The notes below the pieces were generated by a model. It ran no database searches. It was not told the DNA's origin and was given only the letters and a program-made list of their open reading frames with translations. A stretch of 63,964 nt of DNA, filler included, from Intoshia linei (taxonomy: Eukaryota > Animalia > Orthonectida): NCBI GenBank assembly GCA_001642005.1. It is 8 parts of 8 records of this genome, joined end to end, with 100 filler letters (N's around TTAATTAATTAA, not from the genome) between each part and the next. Parts side by side here need not be neighbours in the genome. Positions count along the whole stretch, not along the records: positions 15,294 to 29,084 come from LWCA01000996.1; positions 29,185 to 42,936 come from LWCA01001000.1; 6 more parts are not named here. One strand, given 5' to 3'. The translations under genes and the position numbers were made by a program. Shown here piece after piece: positions 24,979 to 38,194 of this stretch. Position 1 is the first letter of the stretch; every line of letters begins with the position of its first letter.

Positions 24979-26455
24979 TTAACGGTTGTCCAACATTAAA
25001 AAATCTTTGGCTTCAAAATTTAAAACTACTAATTTAGTTTCTTCTGTACCTATTAATGAATTACATTTTAATCAAATTTTAAACAAAGCATTACCATTTC
25101 TACTACCCATGGCACAAACAAGCTTGGTTCTACTACAACGCAATCTCCATACAACTCCGCCATTTTCTCTCGTTACCAATTTGACTAAATCACAGTAATA
25201 ATTTCCAGTATATAAATTCCACAATTTCACTGTTCCATCATCGGATGCGCTAACTACTTTGTCACCTACAATTTCCATACATGTTATCGCGCTAGTATGT
25301 GGTTTACGACCTAATTTATCATTATAATTATAATTGACAAAATAACTTGAAAATACATGCAAACATCGACCGGTAATTAGGTCCCAAGCTCTCAGTGTTG
25401 TGTCAGCATTAGCCGAAATTAAAATATTTTTAACAATTTTGAGTCCACTTGTCAAGGAAGAATGGCCTACCAAAACATGCATGCAACATCCATTCACTAC
25501 ATTCCATATGCGAATACAAGTATCTAAAGATCCACTAACAATCAATGAGCCATCAAACTAAAAGTTAAATAAAAATAATCACATAAACATCTACTTCAAG
25601 GGAGTAGATTCGATTAGTGTGGCCAGTGAGGACGTGGATAATATTTTGTTTGTTGTGATTCCATACCCGGACGGTACAATCGTAGGAACCACTAATGAGG
25701 TATTTTTCAGTGAATTGTAGACAACGTACAGCAGCAGTATGACCTGAAAACACACTAAGGCATTCTCCTGTCGAAAGCGACCACAATCTCAAATCTGCGT
25801 CTCGTGATCCGCTCATTAGTCTATCTTTGTAAAGTGCCAAGCATCGAACTGTGGATGAATGGCCCAAAAGTACAAATTTGCATTCATAATTATGCAATTT
25901 CCATATACGAATTGATCTATCCGTTGAACCTGTAGCAAGCATTTCAGGGTTCATTTTACAAGCCCACACTCCGCCTGTGTGGCCCAGCATTGTGGCCAAA
26001 CACTAATTTTAAATATAAAATTGTAAATTGATTACAAGACAAATTTACCTCCCCTGTATTAGCAGACCAAACATTAACAGTATTATCATCCGATGCACTA
26101 ACAACCAAATCTCCGCAATATTCAAGACACGTAATCACGTGGTCATCGTGTCCTCTCATTAACTAATAAAATGTACAATGTAAAAATAAATAAAATACAT
26201 TACCATTTTATCGGATGGTTTACAAGATTTCCAATTATATTCAATGTTTTTGTAACGAACATAATTTTTAAGGTAAAATTGATTTGTGGGAATACTATTA
26301 TTTTTACAATTTGAAAGTTTTGCATTTGTAACATAAATAATATCATCTATTGAATTTCTATCCACCGGAAAGCCTTCCATTAAACAAAAATGCTTCCATA
26401 TCACATCAGAACTGGATACAGTGTTCCAATATTTACTAACTCGGAGAACTGAAAG
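24979..26455 (-). CDS. FBXW7: F-box/WD40 protein FBXW7/SEL-10/Cdc4, 5' exons not located
   Basis: End of F-box (LRVSKYWN...IWK), MRGHDDHVITCL, GHTGGVW, GHSSTVRC, SGSRDADL, GHTAAVRC, GHTNRIYSL, GGVVWRL, GSRNGTEETKLVVLNF; the three phosphodegron-binding arginines are retained. Confidence 0.94.
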
Positions 26456-28429
26456 CTAAGAAATAAAATAAGTTAAGAGGTAAAATATAATTTTATATAA
26501 TAAATAATCTAGTAGGTATGCTGCAGACTGTTTGGGTATAATTTTTAAGTATTTAATTTTCGTAATCCGCACTGTATTAAAACCTAAGTGTAATAATACT
26601 GCACCGCATCAAACTGAATGTTAGTTTTTGTTTTTTTGCATCCGCTGTACCATGGTTTTTCAACCGGGATTACGATCGCTAAGGGGTCGCGACTCGCCAG
26701 AAGTTGGAATTATTTATATATCTAAAAAATGTTTTGGAATTTTATAATATCAACTAGAACATTGGTTCCCAAAAAATATATTGATGGCCCCCCTCACAGT
26801 ATACAAATATTTTTAGAAAAGATCAATTAGTACAAACCTTTATTAAACCATAAATCAAATATCGTAAGGGTTAATATTATTTACATGTTATGTTAAATTT
26901 ATTATAATCCTAAATTAATCCGAATTTCAAAAATATATTAATAAAATATCAAATACTAAATCAAATTAATGTTAACGATTCTAATTTAATTTTAAAAATT
27001 TTCTTAAATTTGCGGCCCCCTTCAGACTCTCTAGGCCCCCTGGTGGGGCCAAACCCCCCATTTGTGAACCACTGAACTAGAACACACAGACAGATACACA
27101 AACAAAAATCGCGTAGCCTTTTATATAAGTTAGGATTTGATTTTTCAAACTTTATGTGATACAGTAAATGTCGATATAAATCACCAATTTCGGTTACATT
27201 TAAACCATATTTCAATTTTAGTAAGTTATAAACACGGCCTTACTTGATAGTTTAATTTTGACGTAACAAATAGTTGATATTTAAAAATAAAATTTTCAAT
27301 TGGTCATTTTAGAAAAAGGCAGTTTCCATTTTACACAAATTTCCACCATTTTGCCTACCCTGCGAGAGGAGTCTCGCAGTACTCGTAGTCTAGTACTAGT
27401 AGTCTCGGTACGGTAGGTTAAATTCTGGATGTATAAATCTAACAAAAAATTAATATATGCCATGATACATACATCATATGTATATAATGAGACGATGCTA
27501 AAAAATTTTTTTAACTCATAAAACAAAAATATAATATAACACTTTAATTACAGAGTATAAGTTACAATTTGGCAAATGTAAAATTTTTTATTTATTAGTA
27601 ACAAATTTAAACTGAAATTATTATTTTAATAGTTATTTACATGCCTAGTACAGAATTTTCACTTTCCATAGATTTCTACGAACCCGATGGGTGAGTTCTT
27701 TTCAACTTCGAGCTATATATACTAATTGTTTATATTTTAATATACGCAATATATTTTTAATTGTTTTTAACGCAAAATTTTATTTTTTAAAAGATAATTA
27801 CATTAAATATTACAATGGATAGTCCTTCAGAAATAAAAATGCTATTTTTAATTGCAAATCCATCAAAAAATGAAAAATCGCATAATATGTTTATATATAT
27901 TAACGAAGAGAAATTAAATGAAAATTTCGAATCTGTTCTAAAATTTTTCTATGCATCATCTAAAAATTACGAAAATTAAAAAAGGAAACTAAAATTACGA
28001 AGAAATCGAATATTTTATCTAAAGCTTAAATATTTCAGTATATCAATAATGCACCAAATAATAAATATACACTATATCGCAGTGTTAGAGTTATAATGTT
28101 CTATTTGACTTTTTGACAAAAATGATGTTTTTGATGAAAAATGTTGCAAATCATATCTTTTACATTTTTCCAAAAAATTAAGCTTGAAAACGTATTATTT
28201 TATGAGATAACAAACATTTACTGGTTCAATTACTAAATCTCGACTTGATAATTCCTTACAAAATTATCAAATTCCTATTAAAAATAACCTCACAAATTCT
28301 AAAAAGAAAGATATTAAAAGTATATTAATCAAAATATATGCATTCAAACGACCATGTAGTGGGACGATTATATTTAATCAGAATAATCTTAAACTCAACC
28401 ATATTTACTGAAATCCAACCATTTTTACT

Positions 28430-28600
28430 AAAAATCAAAATTTACCAACCTTTAAAAGAAAAATCCACTTTTACAAACCCCTAAGGAAAAATCCCAATTT
28501 TACCAACCCTTATTGGGAAAACCAACTTTTACCAACCTTTAATGGAAAAATCGAATTTTACCTAGCCTTAAGGGCATAATCCACTTTTACCAACCTTTAA
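28430..28600. repeat. Minisatellite with ~29-30-bp unit
   Basis: About six degenerate copies of AATCCACTTTTACCAACC(C/T)TTAAGGAAA. Confidence 0.75.
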
Positions 28601-30443
28601 CCTTTTACTGTCCGGTGTTCCATTAATGAAACACTAGATTTAATACAATATAGTGACTAAGTTATATCATGCTTCATTATTATAAAGATGAAATTTGGTA
28701 AATTAAATTCTCCGCTTCTTCATGGAATTGACATATTTTTATTTGCATAATTAATTATATATACAATTAACGGTTGAATATAGCTGAAAAAACCAGTAAA
28801 AAAATTCATATTTTGAAATAATATTAAAGTTAATTTAATAAAATAAATTTGATTTTTTACTCTAATGATTAAACTCCAGATGAATTGTAGTATCAGACAA
28901 AAAAAATTACATGAAAATAAGTACACAGTTAATAGTTATGAGTCGATAAAAATAGGTGCTCCATTAATGGAACACTCGTAATTAACACGTATTAATGAAC
29001 TAATTTTTTTTCGAAGGTTATTATTGTTAGTTAGCAAAATTTATCGTATATTCTTCTCAAATTTATTTCAGAATCGTGTCATTTNNNNNNNNNNNNNNNN
29101 NNNNNNNNNNNNNNNNNNNNNNNNNNNNTTAATTAATTAANNNNNNNNNNNNNNNNNNNNNNNNNNNNNNNNNNNNNNNNNNNNATTCGAGTCCTTTTGT
29201 TGTTTATAGAATTTTATTATATAATTAATAAATAGTAAATTTTATAAATTTACAAATATTCTGAATTTCCAGTGAAAGCTAATATCAAGATTCGATATGT
29301 GATTTTGTAAATTACTTATTTAATCTAAATTTATTTTGATACGCTTAGTAATATCCATTTTATAAAAAGCGTGAATAGTATTTTAGGTAATATTCATGAA
29401 TAACTTTATGTTCATTTTGATTTATTATTAAAATTTCATTCGGTCCGCGCCTGACCAAACCTTAATATTATGATTTACAAATTTATATATAATACCCTTG
29501 AGGTAAATGGGGAACATTGCCGGGGTATACTTTTTCTATAAAAAAAAGTGGGACACTCTATTGTACAGTCGTATCCTGTTAACACACACAAAAAATTTCA
29601 ATCTGAATAAGCGACGCCTTCCCGGTCAAAAAAGCATTTTAGTATTCATATATTTTTTTACCGAAATATTTTTTGATACCAAAAATGTGAAATAATTAAC
29701 GGTCCGAAAATTAAAAAAAACTACACATTACCGGTGAAAAATAATTTTTAATATATTATCAACCAATATATTCTAAATTTTTGAATAAATAATTAAAAAA
29801 TAACAATATGAGTATACAGTGGCGAATCTACCGTACCAAATGCCCTCTTTTATTTAATTTTTGTAAAATGGGACCTTATTTGATCAAATTGAGCATTATT
29901 TAACAAAATTATATTTTTGAATATTATAACTTATGTATAAGTATTATTATAATTATTATAACATAAGTATTTTGTATGCTAAATTTAAAATCTCATCTCA
30001 AGACTTTTAGTGAGGTGGATAAAGGCTATATGACATGATGAATTGTTTGTTTGTGTTTTTAGGGGCCTATTTTTAATTTTCGATGACCTCGAGCTTGCTA
30101 GGTTCGGCTCTTAAGTATACATCCTATAATTTAAAAAAATCAAATCAAAAAGCATTTATTTTTTTTGTAAAATTAAAAAGTCGGCAGAGATAGACACTGT
30201 TTATACCAAGTACATAATAATCAAACTGATTTATAAATAAAATGACTAATAAAAAATTCTCGACCTTTAAAAAATATTTTGCGGTTGGGCAAATCTATTC
30301 CGCCATTACCAGCCTATGCACCTTCTATAAGTAAAAAAATCCTTTAGGCGCGTGGTATTTGAAAATTGGATACTAATTATATACCAGGATAACTTATAAT
30401 TATACAAGGTTGATTTTATACAATTAATAATATATACGCGTAG

Positions 30444-31574
30444 ATATGGATTATGCTGCATAGCGAATGATGATGAAGCTGTAAAAAAATTGTATGAAAT
30501 TAAAAATAGACCAATAAATAAACCAATTTCCATTTGCTTTGGTTCTGTACATCAAGTTTGCAAGTATTTATTAATATTATTTATTTGACAGTTGTATATT
30601 TATTTTTTTGTGTGGTATAAATTATAATACTAAACTGCACCGCAAAACTATGTGCAAACTCTAAATTGTGCCATTAAATATATTTACATATGCCTTGTCT
30701 AATACGGACCAATACAATTTTTTCGTATTATATCAAACCATGACCTTTTATTTATTTAGATTCTATGAATGCGATCATACTGTATTAAATTTACTGAATT
30801 CAGAATTACCTGGGAGTTATACGTTTATACTAAATATGAAACCAAACCAAATCATCTCCCGATATGTAAATGTCGATAAAAAAGACAACATTGGATTCAG
30901 AATACCCGAAAGTCAACTTATTTTAGGTTGCATTATTGTTTATGTTAATTTCATTATTAGACGTTTGTAAACAAATTCAAATGCCATTAGCTTTAACCAG
31001 TGCAAACCTTTCAGGAGAATTATGTGGCAACACAATCAATGTAAATACTTGACTTGATTTATTCATTCTAAATTTTATTGCAGAAACAAATAAATAATGA
31101 CAAACTTTGTCAAATGAACATTGTACATTGTACAATGTTAGGTAATAATATTTGTAATTTGACAAGTGTTTTCAGTAACTTAGCTGATAAATTAATTAGT
31201 TTATGATTCAAATATGCCTATATGGATTATTTATTTATCCATTTTTTTGATTTATATGGAATCTCAAAATGTTTTATAAATTAGTACATTATAATTTATA
31301 CATAACTATTAATGTAATAACATAGTATTACATAATATTTTAGAGTTTTGAGAAAATTTGGAATAAAATTGATTTAATTATAACTGAAGAATCGAAAAAA
31401 TCCTTAAACACAATGTCATCAACCGTTTTAGATTTATCTGGAAAATTTGACAAAAAGTCTTTCAAAATAATCAGATGTGGAATGTTTTTATTTATAAGAC
31501 ATTTTTCATTACATTTTAGGAATTGTCAATTCATTGTCGATAAATTACAACAAATTGGATTTTATCAAATCTAA
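30444..31574 (+). CDS. YRDC: Threonylcarbamoyl-AMP synthase YRDC/Sua5, first exon(s) not located
   Basis: Exons 30444-30563, 30760-30926, 30961-31040, 31344-31483, 31520-31574: YGLCC...KKLYEIKNRPINKPISI, LPGSYTFIL, IGFRIP, PLALTSANLSG, SSTVLDL, IIRCG. Confidence 0.9.
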
Positions 31575-31717
31575 AATTTTAAACTATTTTGTATCTTTTT
31601 TTTTTTGTAAAAATGATTAAAGTTAATTATTTTAGTAATTTTATTATTAATTTTTAAAGTATAATTAACTAAATATTATAATATTAGTTAAAATTTTATA
31701 TTAATATCATTAATAAT

Positions 31718-32310
31718 CCTTACTTATATAATATGCTACGCAATATTTGTTAGTGTGTGTGTTACCGTTTATTTGAATAACTACCAGTCTTAGAATTTGA
31801 TAAAGTCCACATTTCAATTACAGTTTTTTCCGGGGTGTTAACTATAATTTCAAAACATTTACAGGTGGTACAGTTGTATCATGTTAAAACACAAAAAAAT
31901 TCAATCCGAATAAGTGACGACTTCACGATCAAAAAAGCATTTTAGTATTCATATATTTTTTTTCCGAAATATTTTATTAAAACAAAAAATGTGAAATAAT
32001 TAACAGTCCGAAAATTAAAAAAAGATTATTCTGATAGAGCTTATTCCAGTTGATATAAATACAAAATTTCAACCCCAGAAATCTACGCATTCTCGGTGAA
32101 AAATAATTTTTAATATATTATCAACCAATATTTTGATTAAAATTGAAAATGTAAATTGATCCTACAATTTTAAACATAAATGTGGATTGTACGTCTACAC
32201 ATTTCCAATAAAGATATATGGGTGAAAATCTATATAATTTATTACTTCGGAATTTTTTTCATTGCTACGCAATTTTTAAATTTCAAATTTTCATTTTCAA
32301 AACATTTTGT
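31718..32310 (+). mobile_element. Non-autonomous Helitron-like copy, 5' portion
   Basis: A|TCCTTACTTATATAATATGCTACGC...GTGTGTGT start shared with 48870, 50459, 51207 and (reverse) 27135. Confidence 0.7.
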
Positions 32311-34532
32311 ATAAACTTTACTTAAATTTTAACACTACAGTTAACCTTTAAATGTTAACAATTATTGTAAAATAAGGATGGAGAAACTTATGCGGTCATA
32401 TATTTTAAAAACAACTTAATTATTAATTATTTGAATAATATTGTGTGCAATGTACAATATACATTGAAAACAAATAAATAATATTCACACAAGTTAGACT
32501 ATTTATACTAAATTGAATTTGTCAAATTATACTAAATTAAGTTGAAAATTGTTATAAAGCAGTAAAATCAAAATCATTTCTGGACATTTTGTATAGGTAT
32601 TTTTTTCAATTTTCAACCACTTTGTCAGATTGAAAATTTTTGTGTGTTAACTGGATAGTTCTGTATCAACTGTATTTTTTTAATTATATTTTCTGTATTT
32701 TAGGACTATTTTTATATTTTAAAAAAGGTAATCTGGTTTTGATCATGAAAATTAATTTTTTTGGATTGGCTATTTATGATAATGTTTATAATTTTGAAAT
32801 TTATCCCACAATTTATGCTGTATAAAATTTAGGACATTTTTAAAACAAAGGTAATTTATGGTTTGGCCGTCAAGATATAATATTTTGAAATTTTAATTTA
32901 TCATAATGTTGATCATTTTAAAATCTTTATCAGTTTGTTTATTTTTCTAATCCTAGAAGTGGGTTGAATTAAAAAAAAAAATTGGGGTTTTTGCCCTTGA
33001 ATGGCACAATTTTTGAAAATTACATAAGCGATAAAACATGACCCTCGAAAAATTTTATACATGTATTACCTTTTCCATAACTTTACTATGATATTAGTGA
33101 TTTTTTAAACACCAAAATCTAGTGTGACCCATGTTAAGAACGGATCATAACTTTCGCTTAAAAATTGAAAATATACCGCTTTGATAGAAGTAGAGAATTG
33201 TCTAAAATAATTAACAGTATATATTGATTTACATTATAAACAATAGAATATATTATAATTACAACCAATTACAGATAAAGAGCCCTGTAGGTTTGATGAA
33301 AAAGCGAAAATTTAAATTTTTATATTACTACTCAATTTTTAAAATCTACATTTTAATTAAGTTATTATTATAAAGTTTAGGTATCTAATGTTCTAGAATT
33401 TAGCTTGTAATATTAGTACATTTTTTTAATTGGTATGTGAAACGAGTAATAGATAAATATTATATATTTCGGTAACGGCCGTGCTTGACAGCACATGCAT
33501 AAATAATATAATTTTAAGCCATAAAAACGAAAATTAAATTAACAAATGTGCTTAGAAAGTAGGGTTGGGAGTCCCACTTGTCACAAATGACCAAAAAGTA
33601 ATAAAATTGAAAAACCAGTAAAAAATTCAAAATATATAATATTATTACAATTAAGAATACATTTAATAACAAATTCTTTTAAAATAATTTAACGACAGGA
33701 AAATTTTCAAAAAATATACAATATATCAATTTATATTCAAATGTGTAAATATTTTCGAGTCAAGTGAAAACACTAGAATTTTCATAATCAATATGAAATT
33801 ATCTATTCATCAAACAGATAATAATTCAAATTTATTAAAATTATACTTTAATATTCACCAAATTAAACTTAATTTTTCTAACATTTAAATGCGAACGGCT
33901 TTTAAAAAAACTTAAATAACATTTATGAAAATTTACACTGAATGTAGGTCGATGTCTATTAAAATAGTATTGACTTTTACTTTGTTCCCAGTATTTTTCC
34001 ATAATCTCTCAAAAGTGTATTTGGGAATCTTTCCGAGTACTTTAAAATTATGTAAACTTCGGTGTTTCAAAAATTATTCCAGCAACGTTGCTGACTACTC
34101 GGTGACAGCACATTTGACGAGTCATGATTCAGAGCGCCTGGCGATATATTAATAGGTATATGAACTTTAAGGGTTTTGTGGGTACTAAAGTTGAATTTAA
34201 CCGTGATGCAAAGGATTAGATTTACACAATATTAGACGAATGTGAATCATACATACTGTTCATAATCTGCAAAATGTTCAACATGTTTAAATAGAAATAT
34301 GCGTTAAATGATAATTGTACCGGATAAAACTTGTATTCGATATTGAAAGATGCTTATTATTTAAAGATAATATCGATTTACATTTCCTCAATTTTGAAAA
34401 ATTAGTTGATTAACCTATTTACTTGAAATACAGAAGAAAATTAAATAATAAATCAATTTTTTTTACAATCGTACACTTCAAAATTGTAAATTTAAAATTT
34501 TTAATTTAAATAAAAATGTTGTTTTAAATAGT

Positions 34533-36426
34533 CTACATTTGATTTGTAGGTTCAATTATGGTTCCATCCATAATTTTTCCCCATCCTATTAACCTAAATT
34601 TCAATATTTATTTATATGTACATTTAAATACCTCCAATGTTTGTCAAACTTTCGACTAATGGCAATTTTTTCTCCAATTGATGTACACACCGGAAGATAT
34701 AGGGATATTTTGGCCATGTCGTCCTTGACGTTAATTACTTTACCGCCGCTACTTAATGATCCGATATTTAGCATTAATTCTTGATCTTTAAACAATTTTT
34801 GAATCTAGATTTCAATTAAACATTCGTAGTACATTTATAAAAAATTTTTTTTTGACACTGAATAATTCAAGTAGAATAAATTGAAATGTATATTATTGTT
34901 AAAATGTACATAATGCAAGATAATTATAAATACACAGACGATTAATCAATCAAAGTGGTAGCGTGAGGAGTTACTGAAGTCTCACTAAAAGATTTCAAAT
35001 AGAATACTTCAAAATGTTAGTGGAATAATTAATTTTAAAATATGATCTGAAGAATCAAGATAATATAAACTGTATCGCTTATTGTCCCAATTAAATGATA
35101 AGTAGTATAAACTAAAATAAATGGATACATATTGTCGTATACCAAAATTACACTGAACCAAAACTACATTGAATGACTTTAAGATGAACGCATAAGTTTA
35201 CTTTATTGTGTAATCAATCAATTTAAATTCACAATATCACTATAAATATATATATTGGTATTATGTTTATTAATATTTATCCACAGTTACATCTCGTTGC
35301 ATGATAAATGGTTTCATTATCGTTATTAATTACATTAAATTAAGTAATTCATTAACTAGTTATAGTTACCTAAACTAGTTCATTTAATTTATACTACAGA
35401 CCCAAGTTAAAACTGAAATATTAAGATACCATATTATACCTACAACCAATATTACAAAAAAAATAAAAATATTCTCTGGTATTCACACCAGAAATATCTC
35501 TAACCAACTAAAAAACGTATTCTTTTGAAATTCATTTTTATTTAAATTAAATCATTTGACAGATGATACTTTGATGGAAGATTTAATTGATTTAAGGAAT
35601 AATTCTTTGATTAAAATGAAATTCGATGACCAATGTTTGCAATTATTTTGGAGTTCACAATTGTTCACTTATCCTTATCTATCTACCAAGGCACTAAATG
35701 TCCTTATTCCATTTTCCACTACATATTTGTGTGAAAAAGGATTTTCTAGTTTACTATATCTCAAAAACAAATACAGAAACCGACTTCATGCATCTCACGA
35801 TCTAAGAATTGCATTGAGTAACAAAATTCCTCGGTTTTTAGAAATAATTGAAAATAAACAACAACAAAGAACACATTAGTATAATTATACTAATTTGTTC
35901 TTATTAATTATTGTAATGTAAAATTATAATACTTTATAATAACTATTATAATAAATCTTTAATTATAATAATTTTGTTTGTTACTCATGTCAAATAACTT
36001 AATTTTGGGTTTTTTGAATAAAAGAATGAACTAGACAAATCAAAGTATAATTTTTTTGTTACTATGGTTTTAATATTAAAAAAAATCGAAATTAAGTTTA
36101 TTAAATTTTTGGGGGTGTCAAGTGGAAAAAGGTTAAGAACCCATGATTTATACAGTCAAATTCCAAAATTAAAAATGTTGTTAGAAATTGAAAAATTAAA
36201 TACATGTAGGTTAAATAATTATGAAAACATGAACTTGTAATTGAAATGAATGTAACCTTTCTTCCCTGTTTCGCTCCTTCTGTTTTGACCCCCAAAAATC
36301 TTCTAAGTAAAAAGTAAGAAATTTGAATTCTTCCGAAAATAGGAGGAAGTGTTCCAACCACACCCATGACTTGACCAACCATTCGATCAGCTCTGCATAA
36401 AGTTGGGTCAATTTTTGTTCCAATTC
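34533..36426 (-). CDS. EIF2S3: Translation initiation factor eIF2 gamma, last three exons only
   Basis: Exons 36257-36426, 34632-34804, 34533-34593: [22 protein letters not shown]...[16 protein letters not shown]...[13 protein letters not shown]...[28 protein letters not shown]. Confidence 0.92.
35556..36145 (+). mobile_element. hAT (Buster/ZBED5-like) transposase C-terminus plus right end, inside an eIF2-gamma intron
   Basis: FW...[28 protein letters not shown]...KNKYRNRL...DLRIALS...QQQRTH dimerisation domain; terminus AAAAAGGTTAAGAACCCATG. Confidence 0.9.
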
Positions 36427-38194
36427 CTAAATATTATGTAAATATAAAAAACAAAACAATGTTTAATTCAAAAATTAATACAAAATTTCAAAATATTATA
36501 TTCCCAGTAGTACCGTAGATCAGTGATTCCTAATCTTGGATCTAGGTACCACTGGTGAGCCCGGTAAATTTCACAAATTTAATGGAATTATGAAAACTTT
36601 AGATTAACCCTTTGACATATTGCTGTTCTTTTATTATAAAACAACAAAACGAAAAGATAAAAGCGAAATGTCACTTTTTTATATGAACAATTAAAATTAT
36701 ATAAACACGCCCATTAAATTGTATCACGCACCGCATCATGCGGTCTGCAAGCTTTAGTTATGTTTTATACTACTTTTACATTATTTTAATCTCATTTTTC
36801 AACTTGAATTTAAATTATTGATTACAATTTTATAGCCTTAATCCTAACTATAGCAACCAGAAATTGACTGTATTTTTAGTCTGTTTTAAGCACATTTTTT
36901 GACTGTTGCATTTTTATTGTGCATGTCAAAATTAGATACAATTCTTAATGCAAAATGTAAATTTTACACTGCAAATCATGCATATTGAATACAATATCGT
37001 TTATTATTGTATGATAACGGACGTCCACAAAATTTAAAAATATATAAATGTAATTATTACTTTGAAACTACAATGTATATTACGTAGTAGCATGGTTCAA
37101 AAATAAGAAAATTATTGAAATTGAGAAAGTACTTTTTTTATTTTGATAAGAGTAGTAAATAATGATGATTGGAAAAAAATTAATTCGATTCGAATAATTT
37201 TCCTTTGTCATCCGAGCAGGGGAAATCTATAATATAGTATTTTATAATATAAATATTTTAATGGTAACTATGAAAATTAATTGACGAATATTAATTAAAA
37301 CGATAATCCAATGGGTGACAAAGGCAAAGATTCATCTTATGAAAAAGTAAATTAAAAATAATAGTCGTATCGATTCGAAAGACGGAGGTTTTTTAACAGA
37401 ATATGTGATTTTTTATAGAATTTTAAAATTTGGACCAAAATTAAAATAAAATGATTTATAAATAAAAAAGAACAAATGTTTCATACTTTTAATTTATATA
37501 ATTATTAAATTTCATAATACATTTGTTAACACCTAATAAATTGTTTAAAAAATTAGAATAATTTAATAATGTAATAAATAAGTTCCATTTTATTTGTTTA
37601 AATCAGTGGTTCTCTACCCGTGTTCCGCGAAATTTAATTGGGGTTCCGTGAAATATAAATGCGATATTTTTCAATTTAAAGTTTTTCTAAATTACTGTTG
37701 TATACAATGAAACAACATCATTTCTCAAATTTAAATCAAAAAATTATTATACGTTGTGAGTATGAGAACCTGAAAAATGATGTTCAAAAGTAATCTTGAT
37801 AATAATAACACATTTAAACGACTAAAAATTACAGTTGGTTAAAAGCATTATAAAACTTTCAAAAATATCCGTCATTAATCTAAACAAAAATTTTTTATAA
37901 TCGACATAGACTAACATGTTAAAAATGGTAGTTTATGATAATAGTCTATTTACATCACTAATTGGAAATTTAAAAGATATTATTATACTTTAAGATAATA
38001 GCTATAAATATGTAAAAGAGTGAATTATATATACCACACGACTAAAAATAAATTATTACATCTATAAACGTGCATAGGAATATATTTTTAACTTTTATAT
38101 TTAATTTTACTTTACACATACATAATATGTATGTCTAAATTTTTCACAAGTTTCATTTCATCAATATTTTTTTGCATATTACATATTTTTTGAT

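Noticed and set aside
24855-25198. Plus-strand ORFs 24855-25037 and 24986-25198
   Set aside because: Antisense shadows of FBXW7 exons and the intergenic spacer
28430-28600. CRISPR-like periodic ~30-bp repeats
   Set aside because: Contiguous degenerate units without unique spacers, eukaryotic context, no cas genes
30242-30334. ATG ORF as YRDC first exon
   Set aside because: Stops after 30 codons, lacks the PT(D/E)T motif and looks like repeat-derived sequence
37150-37230. Minus-strand SDDKGKLF as a missing eIF2-gamma exon
   Set aside because: Weak similarity, in-frame stop follows, no PGGLI motif leading into the next exon
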